DNA of 63,228 nucleotides, filler included, from Octopus bimaculoides (lineage: Eukaryota), in the NCBI RefSeq assembly GCF_001194135.2. It is 8 parts of 6 records of this genome, joined end to end, with 100 filler letters (N's around TTAATTAATTAA, not from the genome) between each part and the next. Parts side by side here need not be neighbours in the genome. Positions count along the whole stretch, not along the records: positions 11,167 to 16,000 come from NW_026371065.1; positions 16,101 to 21,326 come from NC_068987.1; positions 21,427 to 34,855 come from NC_069002.1; 5 more parts are not named here. One strand, 5' to 3'. The notes under the pieces were generated by a model. The model did not search any database. It was not told the DNA's origin and saw nothing but the letters and a program-made list of their open reading frames with translations. The translations under genes were made by a program, and so were the position numbers. Positions 13,308 to 23,956 of the stretch are shown here, piece by piece. Each line of letters begins with the position of its first letter. Position 1 is the first letter of the stretch.

Positions 13308-15958
13308 NNNNNNNNNNNNNNNNNNNNNNNNNNNNNNNNNNNNNNNNNNNNNNNNNNNNNNNNNNNNNNNNNNNNNNNNNNNNNNNNNNNNNNNNNNNNN
13401 NNNNNNNNNNNNNNNNNNNNNNNNNNNNNNNNNNNNNNNNNNNNNNNNNNNNNNNNNNNNNNNNNNNNNNNNNNNNNNNNNNNNNNNNNNNNNNNNNNNN
13501 NNNNNNNNNNNNNNNNNNNNNNNNNNNNNNNNNNNNNNNNNNNNNNNNNNNNNNNNNNNNNNNNNNNNNNNNNNNNNNNNNNNNNNNNNNNNNNNNNNNN
13601 NNNNNNNNNNNNNNNNNNNNNNNNNNNNNNNNNNNNNNNNNNNNNNNNNNNNNNNNNNNNNNNNNNNNNNNNNNNNNNNNNNNNNNNNNNNNNNNNNNNN
13701 NNNNNNNNNNNNNNNNNNNNNNNNNNNNNNNNNNNNNNNNNNNNNNNNNNNNNNNNNNNNNNNNNNNNNNNNNNNNNNNNNNNNNNNNNNNNNNNNNNNN
13801 NNNNNNNNNNNNNNNNNNNNNNNNNNNNNNNNNNNNNNNNNNNNNNNNNNNNNNNNNNNNNNNNNNNNNNNNNNNNNNNNNNNNNNNNNNNNNNNNNNNN
13901 NNNNNNNNNNNNNNNNNNNNNNNNNNNNNNNNNNNNNNNNNNNNNNNNNNNNNNNNNNNNNNNNNNNNNNNNNNNNNNNNNNNNNNNNNNNNNNNNNNNN
14001 NNNNNNNNNNNNNNNNNNNNNNNNNNNNNNNNNNNNNNNNNNNNNNGGACAGAAAGAATACAGTAAGAAGAAATTAGACGAAAGCAGAGCAAACGGCAAA
14101 CTAGACGAAAAGTTAACTGACAGGAAATTAGACAATGACAGGATACACGTAATATTCGCAGTTGAATTTTCCTCTTTAGTCAATGACGCAAAATATCATA
14201 GCAGTTTCGCGCCAATTACCATTGAAACTGCTTAATTTTGCAGGCGCCAGTGCTTTTTATTAAGATACTGAGAAAAAGCTAGTGAATATGTACTAAGACA
14301 GAAGAAACAAATGAGATATATAAATACAACAAAGAATTATGCAAATATAACAGCATGAAGCCTTACAGCTATATAAAACGGAAGCAAATAATAATTATAC
14401 ATACACCACAAATACAACAGCTGTCGAACGACCTTATGGAAATGGAGCAAGTCCTAGAGGACACAGCGGGATACATATATATATCTTATATATTATAAAT
14501 GGCAATTTCTGTCTGTCTGTTATCATCTTGATGCCTATACCAGCGAACCAATCTCCACGAATTTTTGGATACATGTTAAACTAACAACCAGTTCGATTAT
14601 AGGCTAACTGAATTTCAATAAAAATCGATCATGGGTCCCCTATGGTGTTGGGCTATTATATGATAAAATGAGGAGGGTACAAAGAGTGATAGATTGAATG
14701 AAATGTGGCATAATTAGGGTTACTGATATCAGGGAAGGGGAGGAGACGGAGAGATAGGGAATATGAGAAACAGAGAGATAGAGAGCGCGAAAGACAGGGA
14801 CAGAGCGTGAGAGAGAGGATGTATTTTCTGAAGGGAACAGCGAATTTTAATACTTTGTTATTTAATTTTTACCTATCACTTAACGCATACGCTTTAGTGA
14901 ATTAACTATCGTAAGCCCAGTTAAAGCTTTTACAATATGTCAAACAAAAAATGTGAAACTAACAAGTGAAATGTAAAGTGTTTTTATATTTGTTTTCAGA
15001 TCACCGTATTAAAACTTTACCAACGTACTGAAACAATAACACTATAGATAATTTCTTTCATCTTCTTCCATAGATGAATAGCCCGTCGTTGTCGAACAAT
15101 TTTTACAATAGAATGTCTTATATAAATTTTTGTTTATTCCATGTCAGACCATGCCTTCCGCGTCAGATAAGCTTCTTGATCAGGACAGATTTATGCACGA
15201 TCTTTCTTCTTTTAAAATTATTTACATGTTGGTTCGACCGTTTCCCATGACTTTATTCATTAAAAACTTATTAAAACTTCAGAAGTTCTTACAACTTTGG
15301 TCGTCGTAATGCTTTGCTTTCGTTTGTTTAATAAAAATTCCTCCTCGTAATGATTTTGCTTTCATTTTGTGATAGACAGCTATCATGCAGAAAATGCCAG
15401 CTTCCAAATCTTGTTTTCTGATAAGGTAAAATTGATTAAAATTTAAACACCAGTAACAATTTACTGCAATTTTTCTGGAACAAATAAATAACAAAATCGG
15501 ATTTAACGTGAAAGATTATTTCAGTATACCAAATTATAAAATTTTGATGTAATTTTAAAATTTCATAAACCATTTGTTTATTTATGCTCCAGAGAGCAAG
15601 AAAAAAAATGTAGTATATCAATTGCCCTGCAAAATTGGTAATAATCAACCATCAATTAACTATGCATACATCTTCACCAAACACCTAATTGGTGTTTCGA
15701 GCTATCTGGGATGCATTGGTTCCACGACGGAACTCGTATTCATAAACAACACGAATTTTTAATTTATCCATGCGTTCACAAAAATTGATTTACAAGAGAA
15801 AACTCACAATATAATCAGACACCATGAATTGCATTTCGAAAAGTGATGATGTTACTCTTGAATGCTGTAAAAAAAAAAGAATTGTCAAGATAAAACAGAG
15901 TTAACGACTGTCAAACTTAGTGCATAAGAAAATGGGATGTTTCATTCTTAATGACCTG

Positions 15959-15993
<35 letters not shown>

Positions 15994-16000
15994 CATTACT

Positions 16001-16100
16001 NNNNNNNNNNNNNNNNNNNNNNNNNNNNNNNNNNNNNNNNNNNNTTAATTAATTAANNNNNNNNNNNNNNNNNNNNNNNNNNNNNNNNNNNNNNNNNNNN
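16001..16100. other. Artificial scaffold-joining spacer
   Basis: TTAATTAATTAA at 16045-16056 with 44 N each side. Confidence 0.97.
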
Positions 16101-16159
<59 letters not shown>

Positions 16160-16859
16160 AGTGCGTGCACATAGATACACATATACACACATACCCACAT
16201 ATATTAATACAAATGTAGCAACAATAGTAGTATAAAGTCTCAAATACATACATGCATATAATTATAGCTAATTTAATATATACCCTCTTTTATATACCTG
16301 CATAATTATCATATATAATACAGTATAACATCAATAATAACTCAAATAATAATAATTATTATTATTATGTCAGTAGGTCTTTTTTTATACTAGGTGCTAG
16401 TGGTATTTGGAAAGGTATGCCCAGTTGCGTTCCTTAAAGCTATTAATAAACGGAATTTTAGCCCCAATTATAAAGAAAACTTCATTAATACATAAACATT
16501 TTCTATTTCTATTTCTGGTGCTGTTGTTAATATTTTCCAATTTAAATTATAGTTAATTTCTGCATCCTTAAGTTCCCATATATAGCTACTTAACCCTGTA
16601 GAATTCCTCCTATTTCTGTTTCTAAACGTATAGTTATAATAATTAAGCCTCTGTTTCATATTGCTTTTTGTCACACCCACATATGCCTTGCTGTCATATT
16701 GTGTACTTACTATACATTGATACACTACCTCCTTTCTAATGCAGTTATTATTAAATACATAATTATTACTTATTCTACAATCACATGTTCTGTGTGACTG
16801 TGTGGGGTTTATGCTATTGGGGTTGACAGGTATTATATTATTAGTTCTGTGGCTATTGT

Positions 16860-16940
16860 TGATCCCAATAATGTTGTTATTATTGCTTATACTATTGTGA
16901 TCATTAATGTTAGTATTATTACTATTATTATTATTATTAC

Positions 16941-16989
<49 letters not shown>

Positions 16990-17115
16990 GGTTAGGGTAA
17001 TTTTATTCTTACTATTATTATTTTCACTTCCATTGTTGTTGTTATTAATATCATTATTATTGTTGTTATTGTTATCACCAACCACGCTATTTCTATTATT
17101 ATTATTATTATTATA

Positions 17116-17151
<36 letters not shown>

Positions 17152-17152
17152 A

Positions 17153-17183
<31 letters not shown>

Positions 17184-17210
17184 AATTGTTATTATTATTA
17201 TTATTATTTG
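16860..17210 (-). repeat. (AAT)n tract read as poly-Asn inside the PLE ORF (between thumb and Cys linker)
   Basis: Within 16907-17085 it is in frame with the downstream TCDCR and GIY-YIG in ORF 16468-17085; frame upstream of 17085 not checked. Confidence 0.85.
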
Positions 17211-17499
17211 TGTTTGTATTCTGTTATTTTTTTCTATTTAGATAGAAGGTGTCAAGTTTTCTATTGTTAATTGAGGAGGTGATGGTAGCTAGGTCATGTG
17301 TTAGACTGCATCCTATTCTTATTGTTTTGTTATTGATTATCTCCTAATATTTGTCTTTTTCGATTTATAAAATGTTTGTTAAACTAAAAATTGTTTTTAC
17401 TATGTTATTCTTGATTTGCATAGTGAAAGGGATTATTAGCCATAGAGTATGTATTTCATTATTTCCTTTATTAGGGTTACCTATATTATGTGTAAAGTC

Positions 17500-17760
17500 T
17501 CTGTTATTATTCTTATTTCTATTTTCATATTTGATAATACTATTTTTGTTATAATTTTTACTATTATTACTAATGATTTTATTATTGTTATTATTATTGT
17601 TGTTGTTGTTATTATGTCTATTATTATTTTTTATGGGTTGTTTTATCATATTTTTAATATTTCTTTTTTATTATTGTTATTTTTATATTTATCTTTGGTA
17701 GTGTTATATTTGTCTAAATTTTGTGGGTTGGAGGTAGCTACTCTATCTTGGCTACTATAG
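17500..17760 (-). repeat. Second degenerate (AAT)n / Asn-rich tract inside the PLE ORF
   Basis: In frame with the conserved LWLIIPFT block in ORF 17365-17649. Confidence 0.8.
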
Positions 17761-19371
17761 TTTATATTATTGGGAAGATATCTAATTTTACCTTTATATC
17801 CTGCATTTTTTAATGCTATATTGTATTTTTCCTTATGTTTATTAAATATCTCTTCATTAGAGGAGAGGTTTGAAATTCTTTTACTTATATTTAGTAGTAG
17901 AGCTTTTTTATTTGTGAGGGATGGTCACTAGAATTGTTTATATATCTTAATGTAGAGTTTTCTTTTATATAAGGCTCATGGAGTCCAATATTTAAGTTAC
18001 AATTTGCATCTAAATAGTTTATAAAATAGTTTTTGTTTTCTATAATTATGGATAGGCCAAACCTATTAAAGAATTAATCGCTTTTTAAGCAGTTCAAGAC
18101 GTCTATTTAAAAGGTTCTTAACTAAGAATAGTGCGTCATCCCTATATAGACCTTCGGTTAATTCAGGGAATTCTCTACCTATATTATCTAAGATATATAG
18201 ACCTACAAGGTCTGTCGCCTCCGCTGAGTCTGGCATTCCCATTTTAATATCAAAGAGGTCCGGTGTATCTTTTCTCGCCCATAATTTGTTATCAAATTCG
18301 ATAATAGTCTTACAGGCAGTAAGTATCACTTTTATCTTCCTCATACTTAGATTATTGTATCTCTTTGCGAAAATGAGAGCGCTATTAAGGACAATAGAGT
18401 TTATAGATGCATTAATAATTCTGTATATCAATTTGTATGAATTTTTGGTTATAGCTATTTCCTATCTGTATATTGGAAAACCAATCTAATGCACCTTTTG
18501 TGTTTTTCTATAGTTGCAGTTTAACTTTATTTTTAAGTGTTGGTAGGTATTTATCTAATATTATTTTACTAAGTTTACCTATGTCAGATTTGTTGGGACA
18601 TATTAGCCTAACCTGTGTTTTGTTAGTGAAGTCTTATTTGTAGTCCTTAATTGTTATGTGTGGTCTAATCGGAGTAAACGGTTGTTTTATCACCTAAATT
18701 GAAATCTAGTATAATATTTCTAGCTTCTAGGTTTGTCTTCTTTAGTGTGGTATTAGGTACTACCTTATATCTTTTTGTGATTTCTCTATGTATGAGTTTG
18801 TGGTTAATGTTGGGTCAATAGTGTATATGTTTCTAGTTTTATCTGAATGTGTTAAAATACCATTTTAGGTATCAAATTTTCTTATAAGTTCATTGAATTT
18901 TCTCTGGTAAGGATTATGTTTGAGGGTATGGTTTTTAAACTTGGTGTTTTTTATGGTACATCAAAGTTTTTGTTCAAAGTTATCTAGGTGCTTGTTAGCT
19001 GGTGGTGCTTTTCTGGATTTGAATATACGTTTAGTAAGTTCCAGTATTTCAGCATTATCATTTCTAGAGTTGCTGTGATCGTTGCAGGTTCTTGAGTCCA
19101 ACTGGGTAAGCTTATTTTCTTGGTGATATAACTTCCATCGAATTCTATAAAGATTAGTTCCTTAAGATATGTGTCTTTAGGTGGGATAGGTATGTCCTTC
19201 AGTAATGAGTCCGTCTTTATCAGCTCCATTTTTCCAGCAGTATTCATTTTGAGGGTCTGCTGTACTATGCTCAAATGTACTCACTCTCATAAGCAATGTT
19301 ATAAACAATGCAGAGATAGTGTAGATACAGACAAGTGATAGTAATAGAGAGTCCTCATCCAAATATTAATT

Positions 19372-20525
19372 TAATTCCAAGAGAGTTAGAGATTGTGAAT
19401 CCAACCAACTAAGGGATAATATCTATCCAATATACTGCTGGCAGAGTACCCAATTATTAACACACACGTGTTTTTTTTATTGCGTGGCAATTACACTACT
19501 GAATGTAATAAATGGGTGAGGGTAAAAAATTGTTTTACCCTTAATTTATACAGCAATAAGAAAATGGAGGGGATCAAGAGGTGGTATTCATCAACTTTTA
19601 GACATTATAAAAGAAAAATACGAACTACTACAGTAATCCTCCCTTCTCAACACATGAAATATGTATGTGCCTATAGGTATGTTTGTACGTAAATGTGTGT
19701 GTGGGTGTGTGTGTTCCTCATTTATATACCTTTCCATTCCTACAAAACTACAATACCCTTAAGCTGGATTGATTATTTAAATTCCACTATTATTTCTCTT
19801 TTGATAATTTTCTCTTTCTTCTGTTTATACTTTATCTAATAAGAATAATATATAATACGCCTAATAATAATGATAATTGATTCCNNNNNNNNNNATATAT
19901 ATATATATATATATGTATATGTAAAAGTGTATATATGTATGTATTTATATTTATAACTTAACCTTATGAACTTTCTAAACTCTCTGACAAAGCCCAGAGG
20001 CACACCCAAGTGGCTTAATTTTATCTACCGAATACTTCAGTTCACTGAAGGGATGGAAGTAAAGTGAGGTACTGTGACCTCTTGACTGAAACAGCTGTAA
20101 AAAAGTATTCTACTTTCTATGNNNNNNNNNNACCTCTTGACTGAAACAGCTGTAAAAAAGTATTCTACTTTCTATGTTCTATGTTATATATTTTAATAAT
20201 TACTGGTATTTTTGTATATGTAAAGCATAATCTGTTATGCATGTATGTATGTTGTTCTAACTGTTTTTTTAAAAAATAAATAGACATAATATAATGTCTA
20301 AAAGTTGATGAATACCACCTCTTGATCCGTCTGTTTTTCTTATTGCCATATAAATTAAGGGTAAAACAACTTTCTACCCTCACCCATTAAATACATTCAG
20401 TACTGTGATTGCCATGCAATAAAAAACACTTGTGTATTAATAATTGGATATTCTACCAGCAGTATATTGGATAGATATTATCCCTTAGTTGGTTGGATTC
20501 CCAACCTCTAACTCTCTTGGAATTA
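19372..20525. repeat. Inverted repeat pair of about 236 bp (19372-19608 / 20291-20525), pLTR-like, 5' of the PLE ORF
   Basis: TAATTCCAAGAGAGTTAGAG...GACATTAT versus its reverse complement; ORFs 19468(+) and 20165(-) share RV..CFTLNLY.NK...IKRWYSSTFRHY. Confidence 0.92.
20030..20110 (+). ncRNA. Minimal type I hammerhead-ribozyme-like motif (variant core)
   Basis: CTGAAGG (20045-51), stem II GAGGT/ACCTC, GAAA-C-AGCT-G-TA (20088-99), distal stem GAATACTT/AAGTATTC; the core has A9G. Confidence 0.5.
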
Positions 20526-20704
20526 TATATATAGTTGAAATGTACAGAAAAACAACGAAGACAAGTGTATGAACAACAAGCAGATGTATTAGTTTGACGC
20601 TCAGGAATGTGATGTATGTATGCTATGTGTGTCTGTGTGTGTATAAAAACGGTAAGAAAATGGAGAAATAAATAACAATGAGAAGTGGATCTTTGGTGTT
20701 AAAA

Positions 20705-20782
20705 AGATGACAGCTGTTTCCGTATATCAGGCTGGGGTAAATGTGTATTTACCTCGTTGCAATTGATAGACACCATCTGTCG
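20705..20782 (-). ncRNA. Degenerate hammerhead-like motif
   Basis: Minus strand: CAGATGG...GAAA-C-AGCT-G-TC; the core CUGAUGA is mutated. Confidence 0.35.
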
Positions 20783-20982
20783 GACATGTTTAAGCTATGT
20801 TAATAACTAATTATGAAACATTAGATTCAACTAACTCTCTTCTCATCTATCATACAACGGATTTATTGAACTTTGAACCTTACTAAAATGTAAGACTTTC
20901 GAATTATTGAACATTTTCTTTTTCCTGTTTTTCCTTACACTTTCTTTCTCTCTATTCCCTTTTGTTTATCCTTGCTTTCTTC

Positions 20983-21050
20983 GTTCTGATGATTCTATCA
21001 ATTGCAACGATGTAAATACATATTTACCCCAGACGGAAACAGCTGTAAAC
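20983..21050 (+). ncRNA. Minimal type I hammerhead-ribozyme-like motif
   Basis: GTT-CTGATGA (20983-92), long stem II with GTAAATA/TATTTAC hairpin, GAAA-C-AGCT-G-TA (21036-47), then AAC pairing with GTT as stem I. Confidence 0.6.
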
Positions 21051-21283
21051 TGACTCTATCATACTCTCATCTTAATTAAACAATTGCTTTTTAATACCAA
21101 AGATCCACTTCTCATTGTTATTTATTTTTCCATTTTCTTATCGTTTTTATATACATTAAACTACGATTTACCTTTTAAATTACCTACTACCGTATACCTT
21201 ATAACAAGAACCATACATACTGAGGTAATTACCAGGAGTGCTTCTGGATACATCTATCTCTTAGATGGTTTTCATACATCTAA

Positions 21284-21326
<43 letters not shown>

Positions 21327-21426
21327 NNNNNNNNNNNNNNNNNNNNNNNNNNNNNNNNNNNNNNNNNNNNTTAATTAATTAANNNNNNNNNNNNNNNNNN
21401 NNNNNNNNNNNNNNNNNNNNNNNNNN
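21327..21426. other. Artificial scaffold-joining spacer
   Basis: TTAATTAATTAA at 21371-21382 with 44 N each side. Confidence 0.97.
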
Positions 21427-21842
21427 ATATATATATATATATATATATATACTATGCGTTTGTGTGTATATGCATATAAGTATGTATGCATATATGTCTG
21501 TATATGCATGCAAATATGCATACGTATAAACGTATGCATACATTTATGCACACACAATTTGGACGTTGTGAATTCTAAGTCACTCAGTGAATATCAGTTC
21601 CGTCTTTCGATTCTTCAGACAGAGAAGATAGCTTTCGGCTATGTTGTTGGAAATGTAAAATAAACATTTCTGAAGAATACAGTGATTCCTAATGTAATGA
21701 TTGGCGTTAGTTTACGCCTGTTGTTAGATTTGCGGAGTTGTTAGGGATGGTGGGGGGGAGTTCTTTATGTGATGGCGATGTCGGATCTGTTTGCGAGTAT
21801 GTTGCGATGGGTATGATAAATGGGGTAGGCAAATGCAGGCGG

Positions 21843-21843
21843 T

Positions 21844-21904
<61 letters not shown>

Positions 21905-21906
21905 TA

Positions 21907-21946
<40 letters not shown>
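21843..21946. repeat. (GATA)n tetranucleotide microsatellite
   Basis: Direct reading. Confidence 0.95.
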
Positions 21947-21947
<1 letters not shown>

Positions 21948-23472
21948 GGAAGGAATGCATTATAATGGAAACGAATAGTGGAAGCGAATACCGATGAAGT
22001 TCTTAGTCTGTGAGTTTCATGAGATGAGCGTACAACAGTGAGAATCCAAATAATAATGTATCTTATTAAAAATATATATATTAGCGAAAGAAGTAGTATT
22101 AATATCGAGAGGTAATATTAATCCATACTTAAAGATGGTTGTTCATTTAGAACAAACTTTACTGTCGTAGATACCATGAGAGAAGCTCTCTCATATTGGC
22201 TTTGGTGCAAAATGCACTCTTGCTTACATCAAATACCTGCCATCCCCAACGGTCGAGCATCCATCATTGACAAGACCAAGGAAGGTTGAAATACGTGAAT
22301 TGGTGGTACGGTGCTGGAGTGGCGGGCATCTATCTCCCCGCTGCAATATAAACAAGAGTGCACTTTGCACAAAAATGAGACTTTTTTCTCATTGTAACTA
22401 TTGCAGTATAGTTTCTTCTAAGCGAACATCCACGTTTGAGTGGGGATAAAGATTACCTCCCAAAAATGTATATATTAATTCTTAATACGTTTTGGCAGAT
22501 GCAGACGTGAATATCTCATCATTTGCTTTTCACCATCAGAGAACACCTCCCTTTAGACAATGCGTGTTCATAAAACCTGTGATTTACTGGTTCAAGGGGA
22601 CTTTGAGATATTGCGGTGTTTCGACATTATTGTGTCTCCTCACTCAAAGTTACGCCGCCGGACCGATGAATCTAACAAGAGCATTAGTTCTTGTTTAAAG
22701 AAGTAACTAACGAATTATTTACTGATGTTGGTTTTTCGTCATCGTGTAAAGCAGTCGTTCTCAAAGTAGGCGGTGCCGCCTCACCATTAGAGGCGGTGAA
22801 AAGATCTAGGGAGACGTTAGATAAAATTTGGGCGTTAACAGGGTGGCCAAAAGGGGGCACTGTTTAGCAATGCCCACTTACTCACTTTTCTCAGGTTTAG
22901 AAAATAGTGTTAAAAAAAAATCGATCTGTAATAAGCTGTTTGAAGTTTGTTTTCTTCTCAAAACAAGAACAAAGAAAAAAATATAGACAAAATACGCCAA
23001 AAGTTTACTAACGAAACTGGTCATAAAATTCCCAAGGGAATTTTTTAGAAAGATTGCAAAAATAAAGGGATCAATAAGAGTTAAATTGGATCCTGAAATG
23101 TTTGATGAACATGTGAAAGAGGTGGAGGAGGAGGTGAAGAAGAGACTGAAACAAATATATCCCCAGGATATTACAGTGAGTGGGTTGTATGTGGGATACG
23201 ACACTCTGCCAAACGTTGTGACGACAGAAGATCTATTGCCACATATAACTATTGGATAATAAAAAGATCATAAACTGTACAAATGACTGTATAAGAGAAC
23301 AGTTAAATGAAACTGCGAGTTTTGGGGGGCTCGTAAGCCATTTCATCAATTCATTGTAAGTAATTCATTTCATCCATCATTCGTTCTATGTACCCCACGT
23401 TTTGTATTGTATTGTCTGTCCTTGTAATGTCCCCCTCTATGTAGTGGCCTTTGTGCCGATAATAAAGAGAGA

Positions 23473-23670
23473 AGCACGCCAGGCGAAATGCTTAGCGGTG
23501 TTTCGTCTGCCGTTACCTTCTGCCGAGGTCGACTTTGCCTTTCATCCTTTCGGGGTCGATTAGATAAGCGCCAATAAAACACTAGGGTCGATGTAATCGA
23601 CTTAATCCCTTTGTCTGTCCTTGTTTGTCTCCTCTATGTTTAGCCCCTTGTGAGCAATAAAGAAATAAAT
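23473..23670 (+). mobile_element. SINE family A (tail type 1), internal deletion over the B box
   Basis: GCACGCCAGGCGAAATGCTTAGCGG...GAGGTCGACTTTGCC...CCCCTTGTGAGCAATAAAGAAATAA. Confidence 0.88.
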
Positions 23671-23880
23671 ACGGAGTAGTATTAGAGTAAGGGTGGGAGG
23701 GAGAAAATAAATACATTATATATAACAAGACAAAGACCAACAGTATTGAACATTTCTCGATTACTTTGCTAATTAGTTAACTGTCACTGGATAATTGTGT
23801 CTCAGTCACCCTCGTACAATTTTCAACTCTTTGAACTGTCAAAGGATTCACAAGTGGCACTAATAATAATGGTAAGTTTA

Positions 23881-23956
23881 CTATCGTTTTATTCCTGTCT
23901 GTTACTCCATACAATTTACAAATTGTATGGAGTAACAGACAGGAATAAAACGATAG
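23881..23956. repeat. Perfect 37-bp palindrome with 2-nt loop
   Basis: CTATCGTTTTATTCCTGTCTGTTACTCCATACAATTT-AC-AAATTGTATGGAGTAACAGACAGGAATAAAACGATAG. Confidence 0.97.

Larger units (their letters stand above)
16400..19280 (-). mobile_element. Decayed Penelope-like retroelement (RT plus C-terminal GIY-YIG endonuclease; probably Hydra-clade type)
   Basis: Minus-strand translation across frameshifts and stops: N-term SLLKDIPIPPKDTYLKELI (19210-19150); HITIKDYK*DF..QVRLICPNKSDIGKLSKIILD..LDWF..FIQIDI (18670-18420); FDIKMGMPDSAEATDLVGLYIL..GLYRDD (18066-18431 ORF); thumb NYLDA..PYIK..YINNSSDHP..ISKRISNLSSNEEIF..ALKNAGY (18060-17770); LWLIIPFT..NNKTIRIGC (17450-17300); linker TCDCR..CIRKEVVYQC; GIY-YIG VVYQC..AYVGVT..KQR..TGLSSYIWELK..WKIL..KCLCINE. 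Confidence 0.92.
20641..21154. repeat. Second inverted repeat pair (20641-20785 / 20985-21154), each arm carrying a hammerhead-like motif
   Basis: AAAAACGGTAAGAAAATGG...GAAGTGGATCTTTGGTG versus its complement at 21087-21154; CTATCAATTGCAACGA.GTAAATACA.ATTTACCCCAG in both arms. Confidence 0.88.

Noticed and set aside
14483-14840. Helentron/HINE-like element (ATCTTATATATTATAAAT..CTGTCTGTCTGT start)
   Set aside because: No recognisable 3' hairpin or CTAGT end, so the evidence is insufficient to call
15293-15417. Possible 125-nt minus-strand exon (good acceptor, GTAAGA donor, one open frame KQDLEAGIF...HYDDQS)
   Set aside because: No recognisable homology and no neighbouring exons; such signals arise by chance in AT-rich DNA
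16907-17116. Poly-Leu membrane-like ORF on the plus strand (also 17351-17760)
   Set aside because: Antisense reading of the (AAT)n tracts inside the minus-strand PLE
20076-20176. Apparent tandem duplicate of the hammerhead 3' half (ACCTCTTGACTGAAACAGCTGTAAAAAAGTATTCTACTTTCTATG twice)
   Set aside because: Identical copies sit either side of a 10-N gap, which is the pattern of an unmerged contig overlap
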